DNA of 64,000 bases from Calcarisporiella thermophila CBS 279.70 (Eukaryota; Fungi; Calcarisporiellomycota), in the NCBI RefSeq assembly GCF_041956535.1, contig NW_027192194.1, forward strand, positions 684,760-748,759, in the 5' to 3' direction. This document shows positions 51,778-63,677 of this stretch, piece by piece. Position 1 is the first letter of the stretch. Each line of letters begins with the position of its first letter. The translations under genes were made by a program, and so were the position numbers. The notes under the pieces are model-generated. The model had not been told where the DNA came from and searched no databases. It worked only from the letters and a program-made list of their open reading frames with translations.

Positions 51778-52876
51778 GGAGCAAGGGTAATGGCGCAACG
51801 CAAAATGAGAAGTATTCAGGGCTGAGCAGCTGGAAGGGGGAATGAGCAGAAAAAGCAAGGGCAGCAGGCGGCAAGGGCAGGGGCTATGGCAATGACGGAG
51901 GGGAAAGGCAATGGGGAGAGGCTGTTTGCAAATGCAATGGGCAAATCGTGCAGAGCAACGGAGGGGGAGCACGGCAAAGGCAAGTACTTAAAATAGAGGA
52001 CGCATGTGGACACGGACTGCCTTTTTGAAGGTGACTGTGCGGCTAAGCAAACCTTATCTCCAGCGGACACAAAAGGGAACCGGGAGGGCTGGGCTCCCGC
52101 GAACAGAGCAGCGGCTGGACAGCTTAGGGGCAGGCCGTGGGTCATTATCTAATCGGGCCGCCCGGCTCCCTGCGCGCTAACAAACAAACGCTGGACGCTT
52201 TGTGCGATGGTGCTGTGAAACCGGCATCCAGGTTCTCAGGCCTGGCTGCCTGCTACCCGCTGTCATCACCCCCGTGCGCCGGGGGGGTTTCGACACCGCT
52301 GGGCCGGTCCCTGGGAGCGGTTCATTTGCGTCACGCGATCCATCCTGCTCGCGTCGCCCGAGCACGCATCCCAAGGCCCTGGCCCTTATCCTGTGCTCTC
52401 CTTGCAAAGCACGGGGCCGGTCTGAAACATGCAAATGGCACTCCGAGAGGGGGTTCTGACAGGCCAGAAGGGCCCGCCGTGCCCATTCGACGCGCCCGAT
52501 AAGCTTTCAAACTCATCCCCCCCAAATCCCCTGCCCGCTCGCCCACAACGTGGGCCTCGCCTTCCCCCGTCACCAACCAGCGCGCGCACCCTCGGGCGGA
52601 TCACGCCATCCATGCCTAGGTTTCCAACCTACCCGCCCGCCCCTGATTGGTGCATTTCCCCGGCCGGATTTGGACTTATTAAATTTCATTTTCATTTCCA
52701 CCTGGTCTTGATCCCATTTTCCTCACGCACCCAACCCCTTCTCACGAGAGCTCCCCTTCCCCTTCCTCTTGCTATTTAGGGCCGCCAGCCTCTTTGCTTG
52801 CTCTTCTCGCGCCTTCTCCCCCCTGCCCCCCTCTTGCCTTGTTCCTTGCAACACCAGCAGCTAATCCCATCATTCA

Positions 52877-53050
52877 ATGTCGCGCATTTTGGTGCTAGGA
52901 GTGATCCTGCTCGCCGTCGCCACGGTGTGCTGGGCCGTCCCCGTGCCATCCGATTCCAAAAAGGATGACGCAGAGCTGAAGAAGCGCGCATTCTGCGGTG
53001 GAGATCCCACCCCCCAGTGCCATGGCCGTCGCCATGGTGGTCATCACTAA
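52877..53050 (+). CDS. Small secreted prepropeptide, 57 aa. Not in the ORF track.
   Basis: MSRILVLGVILLAVATVCWA|VPVPSDSKKDDAELKKR|AFCGGDPTPQCHGRRHGGHH*: hydrophobic signal peptide, charged pro-region, KR site. Pyrimidine-rich leader, attcaATG context (same as the MFS gene), T-rich 3' region. Confidence 0.8.
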   Translation: MSRILVLGVILLAVATVCWAVPVPSDSKKDDAELKKRAFCGGDPTPQCHGRRHGGHH

Positions 53051-53463
53051 TTCAACTGTTTTTTTTTCATTTTTGCAGTCTTACTAATTCTCTTTTGGTC
53101 TCCTTAATCTCATGTTGGTTGGATGTAACCCTTAAGTTATTCTTATTTTGGTCTGTGTCTCTCCTTGATTGTCCCCCGTCCCCCTCTCCTTCCACGGACA
53201 TGCATGTCTAGTCCCTCTTCCCCCCTCTCTCATTTTTTTTATATATCTATCCCCATATTTAGCGTAGCCGTCGCTGTTTGGTTTTCGTTTACTAGTACCT
53301 AATCCATTGTGCTGTATAATTGGGTTGTTGTTTTTATTCCTTCTTTTCATTACTCAATCATAATCTTTCACTGCAATGGCCTTATCTATTATATATATAT
53401 AAGTAAAAGAACAAATCAGAATCGTTTCACAAATGTGTATAGTCGTGTGTATAGAGGTTGGGG

Positions 53464-53488
53464 GAGAGAGAGAGAGAAAGAGAGAGAG
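53464..53488. repeat. (AG)n microsatellite in the ANT1 3' region
   Basis: gagagagagagagaaagagagagag. Confidence 0.75.
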
Positions 53489-53537
53489 GAGCGGGGGGAG
53501 GGGGAGAGGGGCAGAGCCCGAGTCTATCCGTGGCCGG

Positions 53538-54662
53538 TCATACGGCCTTTGGGTTCCGTGACATCCGCCTGGCTAATAGGATGAAGAAGAGGGTGTACTC
53601 CGTCAGCTCCTCCTTGATCATGAAGAGCAATGCCTGCGAGAGGACGGCCTTGGTGATTTGTGCTTGCATTCCCTAATGGGGCATCAAGAAAAAAAAGAGG
53701 GCCTCCGCCAATCAGTCACCATCGCTCGTGGAGGGCGCAACCTCCTCTCGGCAATCCCTTACCTTGTACCATCCGGACACTCCCTCGCTTTTGTAGACCC
53801 TCGTCAGCACATCGATCCCCGACCGGTAGGGTGTCATCTTGACCCCGCGCGGCGCCTTCCACTGCATCCGCACCTTGGCCATGATGTAGGGGTAGGTCAC
53901 GACGGTGGCAAGCGTCTTGGACGTCGCCCCCACGAAGAACGCCAGGCCCGGCGTGAGGTCCTTTCGCCCCAGCCGCCTCAGCACCAGCGCCTTCACCCGC
54001 TCGAACATCCCGTACGTGATGGCGGGGTTGACCGTGAGCACGAGCGACGCCCGCAGGCCCTTCCAAAGCGTGGCCCACCCCTCCTGCCGCACGATCTCCT
54101 GCCCCGTCTCCAGCAGCGACTTCCGCTCCTCCGGCGGCAGGGTCTGCTGCCGCGTGGTGATGACGTTGATCGGCAGGGTGAACAGCTGCGTCAGCGCCCC
54201 CGCCACCGCCCCCACCCACAGCTCCGTGGCCGTGGAGAGCGTCCCCAGCCGCTTCTGGTACCGCTGCCGGATGATCGTGTAGAAGTAGAAGTAGGCAAAG
54301 CTCTGAGCCACAACCCCAATGAGGGCTGCCGGCAGCCCCGCAAACAGGCCCAGGGGGCCTTCCTCCCGGAGGATGTGCCGAATGCCCTCCACCGTCGAGG
54401 CGTAATGCTGCGACTGGCCGTCAGTTTTGCTCTGAACCTGGAGCCGGGTCTTAATGCTAGAGTGGGAGGGGGAGGGGGGAAGAAAAGAAAAGATCATCAG
54501 TCAGCATCGGTTGACGGAGATGGATCGGGAGATGCATAGCAAGGAAGGATGATATTACATGTCAAGTGGATAGATGCATATCAGCGAGATCGCCGCTCCT
54601 CCTGCGCCTGCCAGCGCATGTCCCCATGGCGGCAGCTGCTGCTCCTTCGAAAGTGCGCCCAT
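53538..54662 (-). CDS. ANT1: Peroxisomal adenine-nucleotide carrier (Ant1/PMP47-like, mitochondrial carrier family), 3 exons
   Basis: GHALAGAGGA...YPLDIIKTRLQ, LPINVITTRQQ, LVLTVNPAITYG, YPYIMAKVRMQ and GMQAQITKAVL. Confidence 0.85.
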
Positions 54663-55504
54663 GTCCTCTAGTTAGTCTGCGGGTTGGCCTTTTGGACGGA
54701 TGTGAAATAAAGGGGGGGGGGGGATGGAATGCGGTCTTATTTAGGGCTTGCTTATTGCTATTCGGGGTAAGGTATCAGGGTTGGAGTCCGAGGGGGAGGG
54801 CTGTTTGTATCATGGAAAAATTAATAACGAACATGACCTAACGAAAATTGCCTCCCATTGATTCTCCGAGATTGCCCGCCCACATGAAAAAGAATTTTTC
54901 GGCCGAGAGATTGGTTATCTGGATCCACGGTTAATAATAGCGGCTGCGCTGGCCTTCCCTTCCGATGGCATCGTCCCCTAGGATGCGATCTTCCGAGGCC
55001 AAGACCTCTTGGCCTCTAAGCCAAAGGGTAAAAGTGCCGCCTAAAAGTAGCCAGGCATATTTGCACCCACGATCTCATCATCCTCATGTTTGTTATTATG
55101 ATGGTTATTATTATTATTATTGCCGTGTTGAGACGGCGCATCCTCTTCCTCCTCCATAAGTATGAAGGAAAAAAAAAATCGTGTCAAAGGGGGTAGGGGG
55201 GTTGGGGGAAGCAAAAATGAAAACCAAAGTTAAGCTAAAAAAAAATTCCAGTTTTGTCTTTTCCGCCGTGTACTTCTATAGAAACAAAATACAAAAGAAA
55301 AATCAAACATAAACACACACCAATAGTAAAGGAATGAAGAAAGAGGGTCCATGATCCCGAGTATTTTGGTCCAAAGCAGAGTTGAAGCTGCCTCAGAACG
55401 GGTAATATGTAAAAAGAAAACAAATAAAAAGAAAAATATATATATAAAATGCTTATATATAACGGTTATGAGAGGGAGGGGGGGGGGGAGAGCCCACCCT
55501 AAGC

Positions 55505-56917
55505 TTAGAACTGAAGCTTCTTGGGTTGTTCTACAAGGAGAAAGAAAAAAAGACATCCATTAGTTCCACAAAACCGGGTCGACCTCCCCCAAAAGGGGTC
55601 CAACATCACTTACCCCAAGTGAATTCCTCGCGACCGAAATGGCCATAGCATGCCGTCTTCTGGTATACGGGCTTGAAGAGGTCCAAGTCCTGCACGATCT
55701 TACCGGGGCGCAAGTCCCAGTTCTTCTTGATGATGTCGAGGAGCTCGGCGTCGGACTTCTTGCCGGTCCCGTAGGTGTCGACGTACACGGACACGGGCTC
55801 GGGGACACCGATGGCATAGGAGAGCTGGACAAGGCAGCGGCGGGCGAGACCGGCCGCGACGAGCGACTTGGCGATCCAGCGGGCGGTGTAGGCTCCAGAG
55901 CGATCGACCTTGGACCAGTCCTTTCCGGAGAAGGCGCCTCCTCCGTGGCTTCCCCATCCTCCGTAGGAGTCGACGATGATCTTGCGGCCAGTGAGACCGG
56001 CGTCGCCCTGAGGGCCACCGATGATGAACTTGTTCGAGGGCATGAGGTGGTAGCGAGTGCGTTCATCAAGGAGGTGCGCGGGGATCACGGCGTTGATGAC
56101 CTTCTCACGGAGCTGCTTGCGGATGTCCTCCACCTCGATCTCGGGGGCGTGCTGGATGGAGATGACCACGGCGTCGACGCGGAGCGGGATCATGGCTCCG
56201 TTCTCATTCTTGTACTCGATCGTGACCTGGGTCTTGGAGTCGGGGCGCATCCAGCTGCAGGTGCCGTCGCGGCGGAGATCGGCCATGCGCTTGTTGAGTT
56301 TGTGGGAGAGGACGGCGGTCATGGGCATGAGCTCGGGGGTCTCATCGGTGGCATAGCCAAACATGATACCCTGGTCACCAGCACCAATGTCCTCAACGCT
56401 GAAGGAGCGCTGCACAAGACCCTGTGCAATATCGGGGGACTGCTGCTCGATGGCAACCAAGATGTTGCAAGTCTTGTAGTCGAAGCCCTTCTCGGAGCTG
56501 TCGTAGCCAATCTGCTTGATGGCGTTGCGGATGACCTAGAAGAGGGGGTTAGGATGTGAGCATCAGCGCGTCATCTCGCCTCCAAAACACCATCTGCCAC
56601 TTACCGCCTGGTAGTCGAGCTGGGCCTTGGTGGTGATTTCACCAAAGACCATGATCATACCGGTCTTAGCCGCGGTCTCACAGGCAACCTTGGAGAGCGG
56701 ATCTTGGGCAAGGCAGGCATCGAGGATGGCATCGGAGACTTGATCGCAAATCTTGTCGGGATGACCCTCACCAACCGATTCGGACGTGAAGAGGAAGGTT
56801 TCGCCTGGATATATCACAAAACGTAAACAAAAAGTCTTTCGTTAGTACATCCAGCCCAGTCAAGCAAGAGAAGCCGGTGGGGGGGGGGGGGCGATAGTTA
56901 CCGTTGTGAGAAGACAT
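55505..56917 (-). CDS. SAM2: S-adenosylmethionine synthetase, 4 exons
   Basis: [28 protein letters not shown] and YGHFGR. Last exon EQPKKLQF*. Confidence 0.97.
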
Positions 56918-58049
56918 TATATATTAGAGGAAGGGAAGAGGAAGATGGGGGGAGGAAGGGACTAGAAAAGAGCAGAGATGAGGTTTGAAAGGAAAAGGGA
57001 AAAGAGCACCACAAAGGAAAACAAGAAAAATTTTTCTGGCTCAATCACGTTAGGACCTTTAAATATCGCACGCAGGAGTTCGGGGAGGGAAAAGAAAAAA
57101 AGCCCGAGATTGTTTGTTTACCCCTCCTCATTCCTCCCCTGGAGCACCCGACCAACCAGCGCGGGATTGCAGTTGAGGGCGAGGGGAGAACGTGGTCGAA
57201 ATGAGAGGTCGGCCGGCCAATTGCAGGAATTGTGCAAGCGTGGTGCAATCCTCGACCAACCACCGCTCGCCGACCTCCAGGCCCCAACAACAGCTCATTT
57301 CTCTTTCCCCTGATCTCTTTCTGATCTCCCGACCGCTTTATTAAAACGAGGATACGCTCGCGGCCCGGCCTTGAGCGCCGACTCTGGCCGTGGGCTCTCC
57401 CCTCCTGTCCTCCGCTCAAGGCCGCGCGGCGCGCCCAGAGAAGCCGGGCAGTTGGTTGGGGAACTGGCGAAGGTTTGTTGTGTGAAAAAGAGGAACAAAG
57501 GCGATAAGGAAAGAACGGATCTTGAGATTCTTGATTGCCCAACCGAGATCCCCGCGCGCTTCACGTTCCGCAAAATACAGGCTCTCATGGCCCATTCTAT
57601 TTCGGATTTTTTTTCCCTCGCGGTGCCTTTCGGAGCCGGCAGCTTCCTCCCTTAGCATTTTCTTCTTCCCCCTTCTGAATAGCGCTTGCTTGCTCTCGCC
57701 CCTCGTCCCCCCCCCAAAAAAGTCAAATCGGATGATGCATTTCCTTTTCAGCCGCTTCATATGAAAATCGCCGCCTTGTTTTATTTAGCATTGAAAAAAA
57801 TCGCATGTTGCAAATGAATAAGCATTTTCGTTTCTGTGGGAATGATGGCGCTGATAAGATAATCACTCCGGCCAAATCGGCCGAGCCACCCTGCCATAGG
57901 CCCACGGCTTAGGCCCCACCCGCACTTTTCGCTCGGCAGTCTCGCCACAATCTAGTTTAATTGAGCTTTTTATTAGTTCAAACTCTCTCGATCAGATACA
58001 GCTCCCCGAAGAAGAGGAAGAAGAAAAAAGAGGCGGCCCCCCACATCCA

Positions 58050-61000
58050 TCATGCAAAGCCATTTGCTTGCAGCCATTCCTCCACGTCTCGCCCATCCCG
58101 CTCTACCCAGCTAGCTCGGACTCGGAGCGCTTCCAGACTCTGCTGAAGGGAACGTGCGAACTCGCGGGTGTCCAGCGTGGAGAAGAAGCGCTCGGCCTCA
58201 CGCAAACGCTCCCATGACGAAAAGTTCCCTACCGAGGCACGAACAAGGTTTCCAAGGAGGTTCCAGGAGCGATGGTAGCGCGCGAAGAAAAGCTCAAAGT
58301 TTTCACGGAAGAAATCCCAGAGATGGGCTCGTGCCAGAGGATTGGCACCAAGTCTACGGGACAGGGAGGAGAGAAAAAAAAAACGGAGAAAATAAGATTA
58401 CTCTCAATATCCTTGTCAAACCTCGAAAGGGGCCACACGAAACAATAAAAGAAAGTTCAAACTTACGGCTCGGACAGCACATTAATGTCCTGTTCTCTCA
58501 CCTCATCACTAATGGAAAACTTGAGGGACCGCTGGATCAGCTCGGGGTCCCGAGCCGATCCAAGCGCTGCCAACGCGGCCATCTTCTCGTCAATCACATT
58601 CGATTTGCGATAAAGACTCAAAACTTGCTCATATTCCTGATGTCCGCCATTGGAAACTACAATCTCGTACACAATGTTGCGAATGTTGGGATGCACGGCG
58701 CTGGAATCACCCGCTACAAGCCGTTCGAATCTCTTTTTAGCCTCCTCAATGACGCTAGAAGCAGAAAAAAAAACGGTCCCGTCAACCAACAGCTTGGATC
58801 AAGCACAAAAGAGGAAAAAAAAATGTCCGCGATCAGGAAGCTTACCTTGGCTCTCCGCCACGCGCCGCATTGGCCAAGGACAGGGTGCGTAAGAGGGCCT
58901 TCAAATGGTTCTCCCCCTTGGGATATTCCCATCCAAGCTCCTTGGCAAGGCTGGCGAACAGGGCGCGCTGCAGCTCCTTCAGCCCTTTTTTGACCGATTC
59001 ATCCTGCTCGTACCACGCAGACCGCAGTGCCGATAAATTCGTGGCAATTTCCGACCAGACCACGTAGTTGTCTTCGTGGTCGTAGCATCGAATCAGGCTG
59101 AGCAGGCTACTCGTTTTCGTGTACCCGCTGACGGCGAGTGCCCCAGCGTCCGCAATTAGCCCAACCCGATCGGAGGCATTTTTCAAGTCGCCGCGACGCA
59201 CCGCCTCGCCAAGTTGGGCCCACAGCTCAGCCGTGTAGTTGACACGATACACGCCAATGTGCTGGTGGTTCAGTTTGACGAACGAGGAGGACGCATCGAG
59301 GTTTTCCCCCTCCAAAGCAAAGATCTCTTCGCGCTGTGTGAGGGTCAAACTGCTCCCGGGTTTGCCGTTGGCCAGGACGTTCAGAGGCACCATCCACACC
59401 ACCTGATCGTCCTTCTCCTCCACATCCCCCGTGGCCAGGAACCGATTCTGACGCACACGGATTTTCCCCTCCTCCCCAGCCACCCGGCTGACCATCAGAA
59501 CGGGGAAGCCCATGTTCCGCGTCCACAAGGACATGAATTGAGCCACTTCCACCCCCGATTCTTCACTCAGGGCTGCCCATAGATCTTCGGTGGTCGCGTT
59601 GGCGTACATGTGTCGATGAAGGTACCGCCGTATACCCGCGAGGAATACGTCCACGCCAAGCCAGTTGGTGAGCATACGGATGACAGACGCTCCCTTAGAA
59701 TAGGATATCATATCGAAGATTTGCTGGATGTCACTTGCATCGCGCACCGGGACCTATCAGGGGGGGGGGGGGGGAGAGGAAGAAGAGGAGGGGTCAGCTG
59801 GCGGTAAAGCAACGCTGGGGGAATTCTTGCCCCTGCTTACCTCGATGGGATGCGAGGAACGTAATGCATCGAGGCGTAGCCCACTCTGCAACACTCCCGT
59901 GACAAACTGGGTCCAGACGTCCCACTCCGGGAATTCCTTATCAACGGCAAGCCAGCCTCCCCAGGTCGCAAACCCCTCGTTCAGCCAGAGGTCTATAGAT
60001 ATCAAGGATTAGGTTTGAAGAGATGGTGAGGGATCCTCCTTCTGCTTCTCACCTGACCACCATTCCATGGTCGTCAAATTTCCAAACCACTGATGCTGCA
60101 ATTCGTGATCCACGACATAGGCTACGCTCTTTTTTTGTTCCGCATCGGACGTCTGCGGATCATACAGCAGCCTTGCACTACGGTAAGTGATCAGCCCCCA
60201 ATTTTCCATCGCACCAGCTCCGAAATCCGGAATGCAGATGAGGTCCACTTTCGGCAACGGATAGGGGATGCCATACATCTCCGCATAGTATTCAAGCGTA
60301 CGCGCGGCAACCCCCAGCGCGAAACGGCCCTGTTCTTTGAGGCCGGGGGTGGTATACACTCGGCACTTGATGGGGCGGCCATTGAATTCCCCCGTGGTCA
60401 TCTCCTCAAGATACTCGAGCTCCCCCACTACAAATGCAATAAGCTAATGCAAACGAGATCAGTGTTCGTATTTTCAAAAATCTTATTCTCTCAAATGAAT
60501 AGGGAGAAAGGAGACGAGGAGAGGGATTTTACATAAGTACTCATGACTGGAGTCCGATCAAACTTGACTTCCTTCAGACCCTGGCCCAGCGGGGTCTCGG
60601 CTACGACGGGCATGTTGGAGAGGGCAGTGAGCGGTTCGGGCACAATCAACGAAATGTTGAAAGTGGCTTTGAGTGCGGGCTCGTCCCAGCATGGGAAAGC
60701 ACGACGCGCATCCGTGGCTTGGAACTGAGTAGTCGCCATATATCTTTCGGGGGGTCAGACCAGCAATATTAACGGTGAGCGGCAGGGGAGTAAATTAGGC
60801 CGAATCCAACTTACTTCGTTCTACCCTCCCTGTCCTTGTACGAGGAGCGATAAAAGCCCACCAGTTTGTCGTTTAATATTCCGGTAAACTTGAGTTTAAG
60901 AAGGGCTTCTGTACCGGCCATTAGCGACTGAGGAAATGTGATGGTGCACTGCTCTTTGGTCTCATCATACTCGATGCTCGAGGCGGAGACACTAATACCA

Positions 61001-61264
61001 AATCGGAGTTTAATTCGAAAAAAGGATGTCGTGTCAATGACAAGAATACCTTTGCTCTAGCTTCATGGAGGTGGCAGAGTAGGCAGCGCTCGAAACTACG
61101 ATCTCAGTTGTGTTCAAAACGATCACCGACGTGTCCTGGTTCACCACGAGGCGCACCGTTTCTTCCCCGGAGAAAACGAACCGCTCCAGGTCTGGCCTGA
61201 GAGTAACGTCATAATGGGTGGGTTTGACATGGGTAGAAAGGATAAGCCTGTCTGTAGTATTCAT
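58050..61264 (-). CDS. APE2: M1 zinc aminopeptidase (Ape2/Aap1, puromycin-sensitive type), multi-exon
   Basis: [43 protein letters not shown] and [10 protein letters not shown]. Confidence 0.93.
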
Positions 61265-62216
61265 GGCGTGATTTGTCTTGATGTCTCCGAGGCGGGGAGA
61301 GTATAGTGAGAGGCGCGAAAGAAAGGCGGAGGTGAGCAAAAACCTAGAACAATAGGCTCGGCCGATGCCAGTCACGCGGAGGGGTCGAATAAATGATAAA
61401 TTAGAGGATCTTGAAATTTCTGAAGTTTTGACTGATACGTGGGGTACAAAACATATAAATAAAAAAAAGAGGCGCGAAATGCATATGCTTTCTAGAAAAA
61501 ACAGCTGGTCTCTCAATAATGCGTATAGTGCTAGTGGAATCCGGGACAAAACCTACGCTATCGGCATCCCCTACAAGCCTCTCGCCATCCTGCCCCAAAG
61601 GGATTTCAGGCGGGATCTCCCACAAGAGGGAAAATATTCAAGCGCTGGGAGCGGGGTGAGGTCAGCGTGAATGTTTTCACCAATCGCGATATCTGTTTTC
61701 TAGGAATGCATTGGGAATCACCAACTGAAACCCCCTCTCGTTTAGAGAGCCATAGGCCCCATCAGCACCAAGTGGAAGGTGGCCCGAGATTATGCCCTAA
61801 TACCCGAAAAAATCCGGGGGGAGAAGAAGGGAGAAGGGCATGCAGACTGCTGCTAACATTAAGGAGGGAAAAGAGGAAGAAAGGGCAAATAATGACATAT
61901 ATAGCTATAGAATCGAATGGATTCAGCCCTTGATTGGGTCAACAGGATGCTTCCGGCAGCAGCAAATTGCATCGCAATGACCCGGAGTATTTTTTCTCTT
62001 AGATTTTTTTATTTCAATTCCTTGATTGACACCAGGCTTCTCAATTCCCTCTTCCTGTTGCTAGGCTCTTAGATAGATACTGGTTATCGCCCTTTGAAAG
62101 CCTCGTGATCCCTCTGTTATCACACCCTCATTTAGAAGAGGGGCGTCGTTATCTTTATCCCACTCTATCTTCTATTATTAATTAAACACCCTAATACACT
62201 TTCTTTCTCCCAAACA

Positions 62217-63677
62217 ATGGAAAAATTCATCGAAACCTACCATGGCAAGGAGTTGGGGGGAGTGGACGTGCAGGAGCAGGTGGAGCAACTCGTCAAGAAA
62301 ATCAAGGCCCGCCTGCGTGAGGTAGAGCACTCCACGTATGAGAAGTTGATGGATGTAGATCGGGTTTTACAGCAGTTGGAGGAGAGCTATTCACACTTCG
62401 AGGAGCTCTCCCTCCAGGACAAGATCTCCTTTGTTATGTCCCTTATCGACCAGGCGCTCCCCCCCGCCGCCAAAAAGTTTTCTTCCTTTAGAGATAGACT
62501 CGATGCTACCCTGCGCATTCTAGAGCAAAAGTATGCAGAGCTTGAACGGCTCGATCTTGATCAAGCCATGGATGCCACAGTCGACGCTACAATGCGCCGC
62601 ATCGAGCAAGTAGACACATGCATTACGGAAGCTATAGATGATATCAAGCGTGCTGCAAGCGAGGGCACAAAACGCCTGTTGAAGTTCAATGAGCTCCCTG
62701 CGGAATGGCAACATAATCAATACATTCTGTCGGGATATCGGTTCTTGACTTCACCGTGGCAGTGTCTTGCCTCCATTTTCTACATCCATAATGAATCAGG
62801 TGTGTCTTCATCCTTGGGCGGCCTCGTTCTGCTCCGTCTAAACTTATTCTTTTTTTTTTTTCTCTCTCCCTCGCTTTTTTTTTAAAGGAAACATCTGGTC
62901 CCACCTTGGTGGACTTATTTTCTTTGTGATCCTAGGTGTGTGGACCCTGGGATCACCGGATTTCTCCAACACATTCTCTGATAGACTTGTTATTGGCGTG
63001 TTTTTTGTTGCGGCGGCGAAATGCTTTGTATGCTCCACCGTCTGGCACACATTTTGTCACATTGGTACGTGGACATAAATGTTTTGAATATGCTCAGTCC
63101 AGTTGTTTTTTGCCGGTGCTAACGGTCTCTCTTCACTATAGCCCATCTGAAAGTGGTCAGGTGCTGCCTATGTCTCGACTACGTTGGCATCTCGATCCTG
63201 GTGTGCGCGTCCGTCATGGTCACTGAATACTATGGTTTCTATTGCGACGACTTATTGCGCAACACCTATATGAGTGGCACCGGTATTCTTGCAATACTCG
63301 GAACCATTGTTCCTTTCCTCCCCTGGTTTGACTCGAAGGGCGGCGAGTGGTTCCGGGTCTCTTTCTTCGTCTCCCTTGGGGCCACCTCCATTATACCCAT
63401 GTTGCATCTGACCTATCTCCGCGGCATCGTTAACACCTTTATCTGGGTCTCCCCCGTGATCTACTCCATTGCGTCTTACTTGTTTGGAGTTCTCTTTTAT
63501 GCGAACCATTTTCCAGAGCGTCTGATCCCTGGGCGGTTCGACATCTTCTTACACTCCCATCAAGTATGGCACCTCTGCGTGTGCGCTGGTGTCTACTACC
63601 ACTACCGTGCCTCCCTCCACTTCCACCAACAGCGGATGGAGTTTGGCTGTCCCGCAACAAACCTGCAGATAAATTAA
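62217..63677 (+). CDS. PAQR/hemolysin-III (Izh) membrane receptor with helical N-terminal extension, 3 exons
   Basis: NQYILSGYR, HNESGNIWSH, CSTVWHTF, LDYVGIS and PER..PGRFD...SHQVWH. Confidence 0.92.

Noticed and set aside
55200-55620. METTL16-type SAM-sensing element in the SAM synthetase last intron or 3'UTR
   Set aside because: No UACAGARAA/UACAGAAAC motif at the splice sites or in the UTR (acceptor reads UUGUAG|AACAA). Only weak hairpins.
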